Positions 26,801-37,519 of a stretch of DNA of 64,000 nt are shown here, one piece after another. The notes below the pieces were generated by a model, which was not told the DNA's origin, did not search any database, and saw nothing but the letters and a program-made list of their open reading frames with translations. The stretch covers positions 1,248,001 to 1,312,000 of the forward strand of contig CAVYRF010000001.1 of assembly GCA_963770895.1 (NCBI GenBank), given 5' to 3'. The position numbers were made by a program, and so were the translations under genes. Origin of the DNA: an uncultured Acidobacteriota bacterium. GTDB lineage: Bacteria > Acidobacteriota > Thermoanaerobaculia > Multivoradales > UBA5704. Position 1 is the stretch's first letter; each line of letters starts with the position of its first letter.

Positions 26801-28828
26801 CTAGCGCAACAGCGCGGTCAGCACGCTCTCCGCTTGATCGTGCAGATCGGGCGGCGCCCCGTACAGCACGCGGGCGGTCTTGCCGTTGCGATCGAACAGG
26901 AACATGGTCGGCACCGCCGTGATGTGGCCGAAGGAGCGCGCCGTCGTCGCGTCGGCGATGGCCCAGCGCAGGCTGGGGTCGTACTTGGCGACGGTCGATC
27001 GCACCTGGGCCGGCGGCGACTCGACGGCCAGCGCCAGCACGGCGACCTTGTCGCCGTAGCGGTGCTGGAGCTTGCCGAGCCAATCGAGCGTGGTGCGGCA
27101 CGGAATGCACCACGAAGCCCAGAACTCCACCAGGACCACGCGGCCGGAGACCTGCTGGCGGGTGAGCGGCTTGCCGGCAAGGTCGGTGAGCGAGAAGTCG
27201 GGCAGGCGGTCGATGCGATCGCCGTCACCGTTGGCGCCGCCGGCGCCGTTCGCCGCGGTGGCACCCTTGGCGCCGGCGCCGGCGCCGCCGTTGCCGGCGC
27301 TCGCTCCTTCGCGCCGCACCTGGTCCTGGTTGCCGGACAGAACCAGGTCGACCATGTGCGTCAGGTCGTCCTTGAAGCGCGCCTGGCTGTCGGGGTTCAA
27401 CCACGGCGCGTAGCGGCCGGGAGTGTCGCCCTCGCCGAAGAAGCCGAAGTCGCGCGGCGTCGCGATCAGGATGTCGTCGACGAAGACCGCCGGGTAGCGG
27501 TCGACGCCGAAGCGCTCGGCGAGCTTGGAGGCGCCGAAGTTCTCGTTGGCGAACTTGACCTTGCCCGGATACTTGTCGACGACCTGCTGGATGATCAGGC
27601 TGGCGGGGTCGGACAGGTTGCAGGTGTAGGGCCAGCGCACCAAGGTCACGGTGATGGTGTTGGCGGCCATCTGCACCGGCGGCGGCGGCGGCGCTGCGAT
27701 GACCACAAACCAGGCGGGCACCACCCGGTCCACCAGCAGCGCCACCTGCGCCCAGTCCTTGGACGACGGCGACTCCGCCATCAGCGCCTCCGCGTGCTCC
27801 AGAAACAGCTCGGGCAGCGAGCCGTCCTGGTGAGTGGCGGCCAGCCGACCGCGCAGGGCGGCGATTCTGGCCGGCATCTGCCCGCGCTCGCCGCCGCCGG
27901 GCGACGGCGGATCGAGAGTGCCGAAGTCCTGCACCGCATTGAAATACCGGTAGAGCGCTCCGGCGTACATGCCGGCGTCGTCCAGGTCGTCCGCCGCCTT
28001 GAGCGTCGCGTTGAGCGTGATGAACGCGCCGTGGAGCTGCTGCGGCCGTGGCGGTTTGTAGGACGTATCGGTCTGTTCCTGCAGCCGGCGCAGCTCGGGC
28101 CGCACCGAGTGCAGGGCGAGCGGCGCGTCGATGACGGCGGCGCCGTGGTCCGCGAGCGGCGCCGGCGGCGCGGCATCGCGGAACGAGTAGCACAGCTCGG
28201 AGAACTCGGCGGCGGCGCCGGCCTGGCCCAGGTAGATGTAGGCTTCCGCCGGCTGCGTCGCGCCGGCGTAGGCGCGGCTCGCGGCGAGCAGCTCCATGGT
28301 CGTCCCCTGCGCCGCCTCGGCCATGGCGCGCAGCGCCAGCGGGGCGCCGCCCCAGCGCCGTTCGCGCGACCGCTTGTCGGCCGCCTCGATATCGGCGCCG
28401 ATCCGGTGCCACGCCGCGTCGAAGCCCGCCATGCCGCCGCCGCTGTTGCCGGCGATCGCCGCCGCCGCCTTGGCCAGCTCGATCGAACGCAGCTTGGCGC
28501 GCGCCACCTGCAGCCGTTCGAGCGCCAGGTAGACGCGGCGCTCCTTGAGCGTCTGGCCCACCTGGTGGAGGCCGCTCGCGACTTCGGGCCGCGCGGTCTT
28601 CCAATCGGGATCGGGGAGCGGCTTGCCGTCCACCACCTTTTGCAGCCGCTCCACCTCGGCGGCGATCCGCGCCTCCAGATCCTGGCTGGCCGCCGCGGGC
28701 AAAGCGGTCGGTGCGATCAGGACAGCGGCCGCCAGGGCCAGGCCTACCGCCAGGGGCAGGGCTGCCACAGGCGGCAGCAGGCGCCGGCCGCGCGGCAGTT
28801 TTTGCGTTGTCGTCGGGTCGGTCGTCAT
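26801..28828 (-). CDS. Exported multidomain redox protein: helical domain, thioredoxin-like CxxS domain, TlpA-like redoxin
   Basis: Signal peptide; WPYTCNLS...FGVDRYP; PDFSLTDLAG...FWASWCIPCR...VPT. Confidence 0.8.
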   Translation of the reverse strand: MTTDPTTTQKLPRGRRLLPPVAALPLAVGLALAAAVLIAPTALPAAASQDLEARIAAEVERLQKVVDGKPLPDPDWKTARPEVASGLHQVGQTLKERRVYLALERLQVARAKLRSIELAKAAAAIAGNSGGGMAGFDAAWHRIGADIEAADKRSRERRWGGAPLALRAMAEAAQGTTMELLAASRAYAGATQPAEAYIYLGQAGAAAEFSELCYSFRDAAPPAPLADHGAAVIDAPLALHSVRPELRRLQEQTDTSYKPPRPQQLHGAFITLNATLKAADDLDDAGMYAGALYRYFNAVQDFGTLDPPSPGGGERGQMPARIAALRGRLAATHQDGSLPELFLEHAEALMAESPSSKDWAQVALLVDRVVPAWFVVIAAPPPPPVQMAANTITVTLVRWPYTCNLSDPASLIIQQVVDKYPGKVKFANENFGASKLAERFGVDRYPAVFVDDILIATPRDFGFFGEGDTPGRYAPWLNPDSQARFKDDLTHMVDLVLSGNQDQVRREGASAGNGGAGAGAKGATAANGAGGANGDGDRIDRLPDFSLTDLAGKPLTRQQVSGRVVLVEFWASWCIPCRTTLDWLGKLQHRYGDKVAVLALAVESPPAQVRSTVAKYDPSLRWAIADATTARSFGHITAVPTMFLFDRNGKTARVLYGAPPDLHDQAESVLTALLR

Positions 28829-28940
28829 CGCAGGTCTTCCCTCGCGCAAGTAAGGTGCCGCTACCGGTAAGCAAGAGGACAGGGGCGCCGCCGGGTGCCG
28901 CATGCCACCAGGCGCTCGTGCCCCGTCTCTGAGACGGCCA

Positions 28941-30494
28941 CTAAGGCACCAGCTCGAAGCTCATGCCGGCTGCCCCGGTCAGGCCCGCTCCCGCCGCCGA
29001 GCCCAGGGGCGGCAAGTCTACCGCCGCACCCGGCCAGTCGCCGTCGCCGCCGGTTTCTGCGGCGCCGCCGGAACCGTCGCCCGCACCTGTGCCCCCGCCG
29101 GCTCCCAGCTGGAAGGTCTGAATCGCGATGCAGGCGTCCCAGGCGCGCTCGCCGGCGGCGACGGCGTCGTCTTCGAGCTGGGCCAGGGTGCGCTGTGCCA
29201 GCAGCACCTGCGGATAGGACGCCATCATTTGCCGATATTGTGCCAGGTACTGATCGTAGGCCGAGCGCGCCCGCGCCAGCAGCTCCTGGCGATAGGCGGC
29301 GGCGCGCAGCGATGCCTGGCGGTAGCGCCCGAACTGGCTGGCAAAGCGCGCGTCGAGCGTCAGGCGGGTGCTTTCCAGGTCGAGGCGCGCCTTGGCCAGA
29401 TCCGCCTCGGCGGCGGCGATCCCCCCCTGGTTGCGGTTCCACAGCGGCAGGCGCAGGCCGATGTCGGCAAAGGCCTCGGTGCCGATCTCGGGCCCTCCCG
29501 GCCCGACCGGCGTGCGGTCGTGCCGCAGGCCGCCCTCGACCGCCAGGTCGGGCAGCCGCTCGGCGCGCGCCCGCCCGAGCGCCGCCTCCGCCAGGGCGAT
29601 GCGCCCGGCGGCGGCGCGCAGCTCGGGGCTCTGCTCGAACAGACGCCGGTGCCACTCGTCGCGATCGAGCGCCGGCGGCCCGGAGGCAAGGTCGCCGGCG
29701 AGCTCGCCCGGCGCCAGGTCGGGATCGGCGACCACGGCGCGCAGCGACGCCCACAGCTCCTCGGCGTCGACCCGCGCCGCCGCCAGCGACGCCTCCAGCA
29801 TGGTGGCCTCGTTCTCGCTGGCCAGGCGGTCCGGCGCGTCCGCCACGCCGGTGTTGAACAGCTGGCCGGTCACCGCGACGCTGTCGCGCGCCAGGGCGAC
29901 CAGGCGTTGCCGCACCTCGACCCGCCGCTGCGCCGCGAGGGTGCGATAGAACAGGCGCCGCACGTCGCCCAGCAGCCGCAGGCGCCGTGCCTCCACCGCC
30001 AGCTTCGCCTGGTCCAGCGCCCGGGCGCGCACCCGCTGATCGGCGCCCAGCTTGCCCAGCGGCACGTCCTGGGCGACAAAGAAGCCGTTCTTGCCGCCCT
30101 GGCGGTTGGCGTCGAGCGGCAGGTCCTCGCCGCTGTAGCCGACGATCGGGTTCGGCCACAGGCCGGCCTGCTTCCGCCGCGCCTCGGCGGCGCGCACCGC
30201 CGCGTCGGCGGCGGCCAGCGCCGGGTTGTGCTCCAGGGCGCGGCGCTCGATGTCGTCGAGGGTGATGCCGCCTGCCTGGGGCGGGACCTGGGGCTGGCCG
30301 TCCACGCCCAGCGCCTGAACCTGGCCCGCGGCCGCATGGTCGTGGTGCGGCGGCGGCATCGGCGGGTCCTGCAACGCCAGGCAGGCGGGGGCTGCCGCGG
30401 CGAACCAGGCCGCCGCGGCGGCGCCGGCGATCCAGCGCCGGGTTGCCGCCCGGCGCACTCGTGCCCAGCGGGCTCGTGCCGTCGCGCGGCTCAT
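28941..30494 (-). CDS. TolC/CzcC-family outer membrane factor
   Basis: ALEHNP.L, AGLWPNP, LPLWNRNQG; His/Met N-terminus. Confidence 0.9.
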   Translation of the reverse strand: MSRATARARWARVRRAATRRWIAGAAAAAWFAAAAPACLALQDPPMPPPHHDHAAAGQVQALGVDGQPQVPPQAGGITLDDIERRALEHNPALAAADAAVRAAEARRKQAGLWPNPIVGYSGEDLPLDANRQGGKNGFFVAQDVPLGKLGADQRVRARALDQAKLAVEARRLRLLGDVRRLFYRTLAAQRRVEVRQRLVALARDSVAVTGQLFNTGVADAPDRLASENEATMLEASLAAARVDAEELWASLRAVVADPDLAPGELAGDLASGPPALDRDEWHRRLFEQSPELRAAAGRIALAEAALGRARAERLPDLAVEGGLRHDRTPVGPGGPEIGTEAFADIGLRLPLWNRNQGGIAAAEADLAKARLDLESTRLTLDARFASQFGRYRQASLRAAAYRQELLARARSAYDQYLAQYRQMMASYPQVLLAQRTLAQLEDDAVAAGERAWDACIAIQTFQLGAGGGTGAGDGSGGAAETGGDGDWPGAAVDLPPLGSAAGAGLTGAAGMSFELVP

Positions 30495-32066
30495 CGCCCA
30501 CCCCCGTTCCGATGCGACTCGGACCCGGCGTCGGCGGCCGCCGGCCGGGAGCCCTGCTGCGCCGCGAAGTTGTCCCGCGACGGGGAGCTCTCCCCCCGCA
30601 GAGAACCCGCGGCAGTTCTGGGGTTCTCCGCCGCCCGGCGCCTGAGCTCCTGGATGGTGTCGAAGGCGTCCGGTTTGAGCACCCTGACCAGGGTCATCAT
30701 GCCCATCATGCCGCCGCTCCAGGTCGGGCGCAGCCCCCAGGTTTCAGGGCGGTCCTTGAACAGGTCGTCCATGACCATGAACATGTCCTGCGGGTAGCCG
30801 GGGACCTGACGCGCGCCCGCGGCGACCGGCGCCGCGCCGGCGCCGTCGATGGCGCCGCTGATGCCGGCGGCGGCGGCTGGCGATTGCCGCGGTGGCTCCG
30901 ACATGGGCCCCACCATCGACACCATGCCGTTCATCATGTGGTGGGGCAGGTGGCAGTGGAGCATCCAGTCGCCGGGGTTGCTGGCCACGAACTCCATGTC
31001 GCGCGCCTGTGCCACGCCGACCAGCTCGGTGTTGCCCGGCCGCCATTGCGCCTGCGGCACACGGCCGCCCTCGGTGCCGGTGACCACCCAGGTGACGCCG
31101 TGCAGGTGCATCGGATGGTGGTCCATCCCCAGGTTGACCAGGCGGATGCGCACCCGCTCGCCCTGCCTGCAGATCGCCGGCGTCGTCGCCGGCGCCGACC
31201 GGCCGTTCATGGTGAGCCAGTTGAATTCCATCGCCATGCTGTTGGGCGTCGCGTTGCTGGGCAGCGCGGCGAACTCCTGCAGGATCCAGGCAAAGTCGCG
31301 ATCCACGCGCGGCTGGTGCGGCACCCTGGGATGGACGATGAACAGACCGATCATCCCCATCATCTGCTGCATCGGCCGGTGGGAGTGATAAAAGAACGTG
31401 CCGTTCTGATGCAGGGTGAATTCGTAGGCGAACTGGCCCTGCGGCGGGATGAAGTCCTGCACGATCCCCTCGAACGCCGTCCATCTGGATCGGCACTTCC
31501 AGGCCGTGCCAGTGCATGTTGGTCGCTTCGGGCAGGCGGTTTTCGACCACGATGCGCACCCGGTCGCCTTCCCTGGCCTCGATCGTGGGGCCGGGCGTCG
31601 AGCCGTTGTAGCCCCAGGTGTTGGCCTCCCGCCAGGGGACGAAGCGCGACTTGACCACCTCGGCGCGCAGGCGGAACACCTTGACGCCGCCCTCCATCGT
31701 CCACGGCAGCTTCGCCACGTCCGGGGCCTCGACCGGCAAAAACGGCTGCTGCCGGCCGTGCGCGCCCGCCGGCGTGGCGGCCGCCGCGGGGTGGCCGGCT
31801 GGCTCCGCCCGAGGCGGCGAGGCGGGCGTCGGGTTTGCCGCCGCCCCGGCCGGCATTCCAGGCATGCCGGGCATCCCGGTCATGCCGCTGCCCGGCGCCG
31901 TCGCTCCAGGTGCGCCGCCCGCCCCTTGCATACCGGGCATTCCTTGCATCCCTTGCATGTCGTGTTCCGACGGCGGCGCGGCCGCCGCCACAGCATGCCT
32001 GGCGGCGACCATCCCAGCCGCCGTGCCTACACTCAGACACAGAAAATCACGCCGACTTGTAGCCAT
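30491..32066 (-). pseudogene. Tat-exported two-domain multicopper oxidase split by a +1 frameshift near 31473
   Basis: SRRDFL Tat motif; Met-rich linker; [22 protein letters not shown]; removing one base gives [13 protein letters not shown]. Confidence 0.85.
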
Positions 32067-32222
32067 CCCGAAGACTCCTTGCCGGTCCGCCATGCGGCAG
32101 CAGGCCGCGCGCGGCAGGACCGTGCACGCACAGGTTGAGCAGAGCGCCTCCGGCCGGACGCAATCCGGCGCCGGCAGGGGGCTACCCGGCGAATACAGAC
32201 ACCAGTGGGGGAGGGTTGAAGC

Positions 32223-32642
32223 CTAAATGACGAGAGGGATGTGCTCGACGCCGCCGGCGAACGCGGAGAACGTCGCCGGCGTCGCTTCGGCGGGAGCCGC
32301 AGCACCAGGCAGCGCCGCCAGAGCCAGCGGCCGCGCCAGCGCCAGCGCCGGCATCTGGCAGGCGTTCTGGCACAGGGCATCGCAGCAGCTCTTTGCCGGC
32401 GACGTGGGCGATGCAGGAACCGTGGGCGACGTCGGCGAAATCAGCCCGGTTGCCGCAGCGGGCGCCGCCGGCGCCCGTTGCAAGCCGCCAGCGCGAGGGT
32501 CTCCGGCCGCCGCCATGTTCATCCCATGGCACGAAGCGGGACGGCTCGCATGGTCCTCATGCCGCATCGCGCAGGGATGCGGACCGGCCAGCAAACCGGT
32601 AGCCAACGTGGCAAGCAGGAGGAGAGCGGCGCAAATTCGCAT
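32223..32642 (-). CDS. Small exported Cys/His/Met-rich metal-binding protein (CopL/DUF2946-like)
   Basis: Signal, CHGMNM, CCDALCQNAC; first gene of the copper operon. Confidence 0.65.
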   Translation of the reverse strand: MRICAALLLLATLATGLLAGPHPCAMRHEDHASRPASCHGMNMAAAGDPRAGGLQRAPAAPAAATGLISPTSPTVPASPTSPAKSCCDALCQNACQMPALALARPLALAALPGAAAPAEATPATFSAFAGGVEHIPLVI

Positions 32643-33084
32643 CAAACGTGCCTTGGCGATTTCGCAGTAACGGGCAGCATCGGCGGTACCGTGCAGCGAC
32701 GGCCAGAATCAGGCCCAGAATCAGGTAGTGACGGCGATCGCGGCATTTCAGCAGTCGCGCGCGGGTGCGCCACGGCCCTTTCGAGCCTCCTTACGATAGC
32801 ACACGCGTCTGCAGTCGGAGTTGATGCGCCAACCTGCCCGGTGGCCGGCGCGGGCGCGCGATTTTTTGCGGATGGTGCGCCTGGCAGGTGGCCGCGGCGG
32901 ACGCTCCGGTGGCTCCTGTAACGCGCGATGCGGTCGCGGCGCCTCACAAAGCAGCGTTCGCGTGCCTTGCGCGCGTTTGCCGCGGCTCGTTGGATCTGTC
33001 ACGATACCACCGGGCTGTAACAGTCGCCGCAGTCCGACGCCTTATCTCTCATTCGGATGGACTTGACCTCAAGGGGGTACTCTT

Positions 33085-34014
33085 ATGGTGTCCGCTCCAG
33101 CTCCAGCTTTGCACCGGTTCGCGCCGGCCGCTCTCGTCCTGGTTGCGTTGCTCGCCGTTGCCGCGCCGGTGCACGCCACGGTCTCGACGGTGTACAACTG
33201 TCCCAGCTCGGGCACGTCCGGCAATCATGACTTTCTCTACGACCCCTTCTATATCGCGACCCTGGCCGCGGTGAACATTCACCAGGTGACGCTGTTCTAC
33301 ACGGCCGACGCCGACGGCTCGTACGACCTGACGTTGAGCGCCACCAGCGGCTCGTATACCGGACCGGAGGTGGGTTCGCCGCTTAGCCAGACCGTGACGC
33401 TGACCAGCGGCGTGGATACGGCGGTCACCTGGAACTTCAACGACGCGGCGTTCACCTCCGGCAACTCGATCTACTTCCAACCCAACGGCAACGGCCCGGG
33501 CAGCATCCAGTACGAGATCACCAACCCTTCGGGCTGCCCGAACGACATCGAGACGGTGGGCGCCAGCACCAACGACAACGGCTACGCCGTCCCCGTCAAC
33601 ATCACCCAGAACACCGGCTCGTCGGGTGGCGGCAGCGGTTGCGTCGCCAACGCCACGACGCTTTGCATCGACAACAATACCGGTGACAAACGCTTTCAGA
33701 TCACCGCCGCCTATTCCACCTCGCAGGACGGTGGACGCTCGGGCAACGGCGGCGCCATCTCGCTTGCCCCGGTCAACGTGACGCAGGGCGGCATCTTCTG
33801 GTTCTTCGCCTCGACCAATCCGGAGATGCTGATCAAGGTGCTCAACGGCTGCGCCGTGGACGACAAGTTCTGGGTCTTCTATGCCGCCATGACCAACGTC
33901 GGTTTCACCGTCACCGTCAAGGACACCAAGACCAACGCCATCAAGACCTACAAGAACACCGACCTGACCGCGGCGCCGCCGGTTCAGGACACCGCCGCCT
34001 TCCCCTGCCCGTAA
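33085..34014 (+). CDS. Secreted protein with a C-terminal domain common in Thermoanaerobaculia
   Basis: Signal peptide; C..LC...RF...FWFF...N.EMLIKVLNGC...FWVF...TNV...DT...YKN...DTAAF. Confidence 0.85.
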   Translation: MVSAPAPALHRFAPAALVLVALLAVAAPVHATVSTVYNCPSSGTSGNHDFLYDPFYIATLAAVNIHQVTLFYTADADGSYDLTLSATSGSYTGPEVGSPLSQTVTLTSGVDTAVTWNFNDAAFTSGNSIYFQPNGNGPGSIQYEITNPSGCPNDIETVGASTNDNGYAVPVNITQNTGSSGGGSGCVANATTLCIDNNTGDKRFQITAAYSTSQDGGRSGNGGAISLAPVNVTQGGIFWFFASTNPEMLIKVLNGCAVDDKFWVFYAAMTNVGFTVTVKDTKTNAIKTYKNTDLTAAPPVQDTAAFPCP

Positions 34015-34037
34015 CGGGCTGACCCGCCTGCCGCGCG

Positions 34038-34068
34038 CCCGGCCGTCGCTCCGTATGGGACGGCCGGG
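34038..34068. terminator. Hairpin downstream of the secreted protein gene
   Basis: CCCGGCCGTC-11 nt-GACGGCCGGG. Confidence 0.5.
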
Positions 34069-34099
34069 TTCGACGTACCGATCGTCTATACCAGCACGC

Positions 34100-34370
34100 C
34101 AGGTGAGGTGCAGTCCTTGCTGACGGTGCCCGGCGCCGGGATCGCTTCTCCCGCGGCGACCAGTGTGGTCCCCGAAGTGCAACGCCAAAGGCCGATTGTC
34201 TGTGGACTGCAGATCCAGAACTTCGACACGGACGTTCGCCCTGACCGCCCGAAAGCCGAACTCATCTTCGTGGCGGGTCACGCCGACGGATCGAACCGAA
34301 GGATCGCTGGCGAAGATCTCAGCGGCCGCGGCTTCCACCTTCTGCAAAGCCCTGCTCGATGGGTACACCC
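34100..34370. pseudogene. Scrambled gene fragments in opposite orientations
   Basis: Minus MYPSSRALQKVEAAAAEIFASDPSVRSVGVTRH meets plus VQSLLTVPG...RPIVCGLQIQNFD near 34235. Confidence 0.4.
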
Positions 34371-34549
34371 ATGGTCCACTCCAGGCAAGGGCCGAACCTC
34401 AGGGTCCATCCCCCAAGGGCGGTCTTGCACACACCGAAATAGACGGAACTGCGAGGGGAATTCGCGCAAGCGCCGCGAGACTTGCCGGCCGGCCGAGGGA
34501 GGCTACCGGATTGTCAGTCGGATCATCAGCCGGCTGAGCGGCCGGATGT

Positions 34550-34801
34550 TCAGCCTGCCTTCAGCGGTTCTGGCAGCGTGAAGCCGGGGTGTACCAGGAT
34601 GGGAACGGTTTCGCCGTCGAGTACCAGGGACGTGGGGATCTGCGATGCGTCGGCTGCCGCGATCCGAACGCGAATTGCCAGCGCGGAAGGGTTGTTCGGC
34701 TGTGCAGTCAAGCCGATGGAATACCCACCTTCGTACCGGTTGAGGATCTGGCGCTGGATGTCAGGACGTTCGATCAGTTTCGCCAAGCGAGTGGCATCCA
34801 T
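34550..34801 (-). CDS. Small hypothetical protein (83 aa)
   Basis: MDATRLAKLIERPDIQRQIL...; natural composition. Confidence 0.6.
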   Translation of the reverse strand: MDATRLAKLIERPDIQRQILNRYEGGYSIGLTAQPNNPSALAIRVRIAAADASQIPTSLVLDGETVPILVHPGFTLPEPLKAG

Positions 34802-34911
34802 TGTTCGAGTGTAGAAGCTGGTAATACGGAAAGCAAGGGGACCCCGCCGGCGGCGCCGGCGCGCGAGCGTAGTTCCGGAAGTGCCGAGGATGCGGGGGTG
34901 GCGCGTGCCGC

Positions 34912-37368
34912 CTACTCGTCGCGCAGCGCATCCAGCGGGTCCAGCTGACTGGCGCGGTGGGCGGGGATGGAGCTGGCCAGCAGGGCGACCAGGGCCAGCA
35001 GCGGCGGCGCGAGCAGGAAGGCGAGCGGATCGCGGGCGGTGACGCCGTAGAGCAGGCCGCCCAGCAGGCGGGTGGCGGCGAGGGCGCCGGCGATGCCGGC
35101 GACCAGGCCGGCCAGGACGGCTCCCATGCCCTGGCGCAGGACCAGGCGCAGGATCTGCGCGCCGGTGGCGCCCAGGGCCAGGCGCACGCCGATCTCGCGG
35201 GTGCGCTGGCCGACCAGGTAGGACAGCACGCCGTAGATGCCGAGCGACGCAAGGGCCAGGGCGAGCAGCGCCATGAGCGCCAGGAGCGCGGTGGCGAAGC
35301 GGCGTGATCCCAGGGATTCGCCGCGCACCGCGTCCATGGTCTTGACGTCGGTGACGGGCTGGTCGGGGTCGACGGCCCACACCTGGCGCGAGATGGTGGC
35401 GGCCAAGGCGGGGGAGGCGTCGGCGGTGCGCACCGCCAGGCTCATCGGCAGCAGGCCGACGAACATGTTGACCATCGGGTCGGGCAGTTGCGCCAGCGGC
35501 AGGTAGACCACCTTGGATGGATCGCGGTCCAGACCCTCTTCGTGCACGTCGCCGAGGACGCCGACGATGGTGCGCGGGCCGCGGTCGGTCATGGCGTCGC
35601 CGGTTGGCGGGCCGATGACGATGCGCTGGCCGATGGGGTCCTGGCCGGGCCAGCAGGTGTCGGCGGTCTTCCTGGTGACGATCGCGACCAGCGGCGCGCC
35701 CGCGCGGTCGGCGGCGGTGAAGGCGCGCCCGCTGCGCAGCGGGATGCGCAGGGTCTGGAAGTAGCCGGCGGTGACCGGCCGGTATTGGGCGTCGTAGTAG
35801 CCGCTGCCGTCGTCGCCGCCGCCCTTGCGGCCCGGGATGGCAAACGCCAGGTCGGGTCCGGACTCGAGCGGCAGGGTGGGGGTGATGGCCGCCTGCCGCA
35901 CCTCGGGCAGGGCGTGCAGGCGGTCGAGCACGGCGTCGCTGAAGCGTGCCAGCGCGCCGGCGCTGCCGTAGCGGCTGGCCGGCAGCGACATCTTGAAGGT
36001 CATGACCCCCTGCGGATCGAAGCCGGCGTCGGTCTGCAGCAGGCCGACGAAGCTGTGCACCAACATCGAGGCGCTGGTGATCAGCACCAGCGCCAGGGCG
36101 ACCTCGGCGGCCACCAGCAGGCGCCGCACCCACTGCCCGCCGGTGCTGCCGGCGGTGCGGTTGCCCCCCTCCTTGAGCGGCCCGCTCAGGTTGGCGCGCG
36201 CCATCTGCAGCGCCGGCGCCAGGCCGAAGAGCACCCCCGAAACGATCGACAGCGCCAGGGTGAACGCCAGCACCCGCCCGTCGATGGTGGCCTGGGCGAC
36301 GCGGTCCAGGCTCACCGGGCTGATCGCCAGCAGCGGCCGGATCGCCGCCGCTCCCAGCAGCAGGCCGACGGCGCCGCCGGCCAGCGACAGCAACACGCTT
36401 TCGGTCAGCAGCTGGCGCGCGATGCGCGCGGCGGTGGCGCCCAGCGCCGAGCGGATGGCGATCTCGCGCTGCCGCGCCGACGCCCGCGCCAGCTGCAGGT
36501 TGGCGATGTTGACGCAGGCGATCAGCAGCACCGCGCCGACCGCCGCCAGCAGCACCAGCAGCGCCGGCCGCGTCCGCCCGTAGAGGCGTTCCTGCAGCGG
36601 CTGGACGCTGAAGGATTCGTCGGCGGCCAGGTCTCTCGGGTAGGCGGCGTCGTAGGCGTGGCGGAGCGAGCGCACCATCGCCCGCGCGGTCGCCGCGGCG
36701 ACGCCCTGGCGCAGCCGCGCCACGATCTGGAAGTAGTTGGACTGCTGGGTGCTGCCGGGATCGAACTCGGACGGCGTCCACAGCTCGGCCACGCCCGGAA
36801 AGGCGAAGCCGGCCGGCATCACGCCGACGACCGTGTACAGGCCGCCGTTGAGCCGCAGCTGGCGGCCCAGGATGCGCGGATCGGCGCCAAAGCGCCGCTC
36901 CCACAGGCGGTGGCTGAGCACCAGCACCTGGCGCGCGCCGGGGCGGTCTTCCTCGGGCAGGAAGTCGCGGCCCAGCGCCGGCCGCACCCCCAGGGTGGCA
37001 AAGAAGTCGGCGCTCACCCGCGCCCCGCGCAGCCGCTCGGGCGCGCCCTGGCCGGCCAGGTTGAAGCCGGACCCCAGGTCCTCGTACGCGGCGGCCGTGA
37101 CGAACTCCCGCCGGGTGTGCTCGCGCAGGAACATGAACTTGGGTACCGACATCGCAACCGACTCGTAGGTCGGCCAGTGGCGCACCAGGACCATCAGGCT
37201 TGCGGCCTGGGGCAGCGGCAGGGGCTTGAGGATGAGCGCGTCGGCGACGCTGAAGATCGCGGTGTTGGCGCCGATCGCGAGCCCCAGGGTGAGCAGCGCC
37301 ACGGCGGTGAAGCCCGGTTCGCGCGCCAGGTTGCGCGCCGCGTAGGTCAGGTCGTTGCGTATCGACAT
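34912..37368 (-). CDS. ABC transporter permease, acidobacterial duplicated orphan permease (ADOP) type
   Basis: DL.YA.R.L...PGF, two MacB_PCD/FtsX halves, REIAIRSALGA and REIGVRLALGA, LDPLDALR. Confidence 0.93.
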   Translation of the reverse strand: MSIRNDLTYAARNLAREPGFTAVALLTLGLAIGANTAIFSVADALILKPLPLPQAASLMVLVRHWPTYESVAMSVPKFMFLREHTRREFVTAAAYEDLGSGFNLAGQGAPERLRGARVSADFFATLGVRPALGRDFLPEEDRPGARQVLVLSHRLWERRFGADPRILGRQLRLNGGLYTVVGVMPAGFAFPGVAELWTPSEFDPGSTQQSNYFQIVARLRQGVAAATARAMVRSLRHAYDAAYPRDLAADESFSVQPLQERLYGRTRPALLVLLAAVGAVLLIACVNIANLQLARASARQREIAIRSALGATAARIARQLLTESVLLSLAGGAVGLLLGAAAIRPLLAISPVSLDRVAQATIDGRVLAFTLALSIVSGVLFGLAPALQMARANLSGPLKEGGNRTAGSTGGQWVRRLLVAAEVALALVLITSASMLVHSFVGLLQTDAGFDPQGVMTFKMSLPASRYGSAGALARFSDAVLDRLHALPEVRQAAITPTLPLESGPDLAFAIPGRKGGGDDGSGYYDAQYRPVTAGYFQTLRIPLRSGRAFTAADRAGAPLVAIVTRKTADTCWPGQDPIGQRIVIGPPTGDAMTDRGPRTIVGVLGDVHEEGLDRDPSKVVYLPLAQLPDPMVNMFVGLLPMSLAVRTADASPALAATISRQVWAVDPDQPVTDVKTMDAVRGESLGSRRFATALLALMALLALALASLGIYGVLSYLVGQRTREIGVRLALGATGAQILRLVLRQGMGAVLAGLVAGIAGALAATRLLGGLLYGVTARDPLAFLLAPPLLALVALLASSIPAHRASQLDPLDALRDE

Positions 37369-37519
37369 CGCCCCCCTCCTTGAGCCGGCCGTGATGAGCA
37401 ACTCTACGGCCGCCGGTGGAGCGGGGTTTCAGGCGCCTCCGGGTGGTCGTTCCCTCGCCTTTCGGCGGGCTGGCCGGGAGGCCCCGGCGGCGGCGCTCGG
37501 GGGCGCCGCGGGCTGGGCG

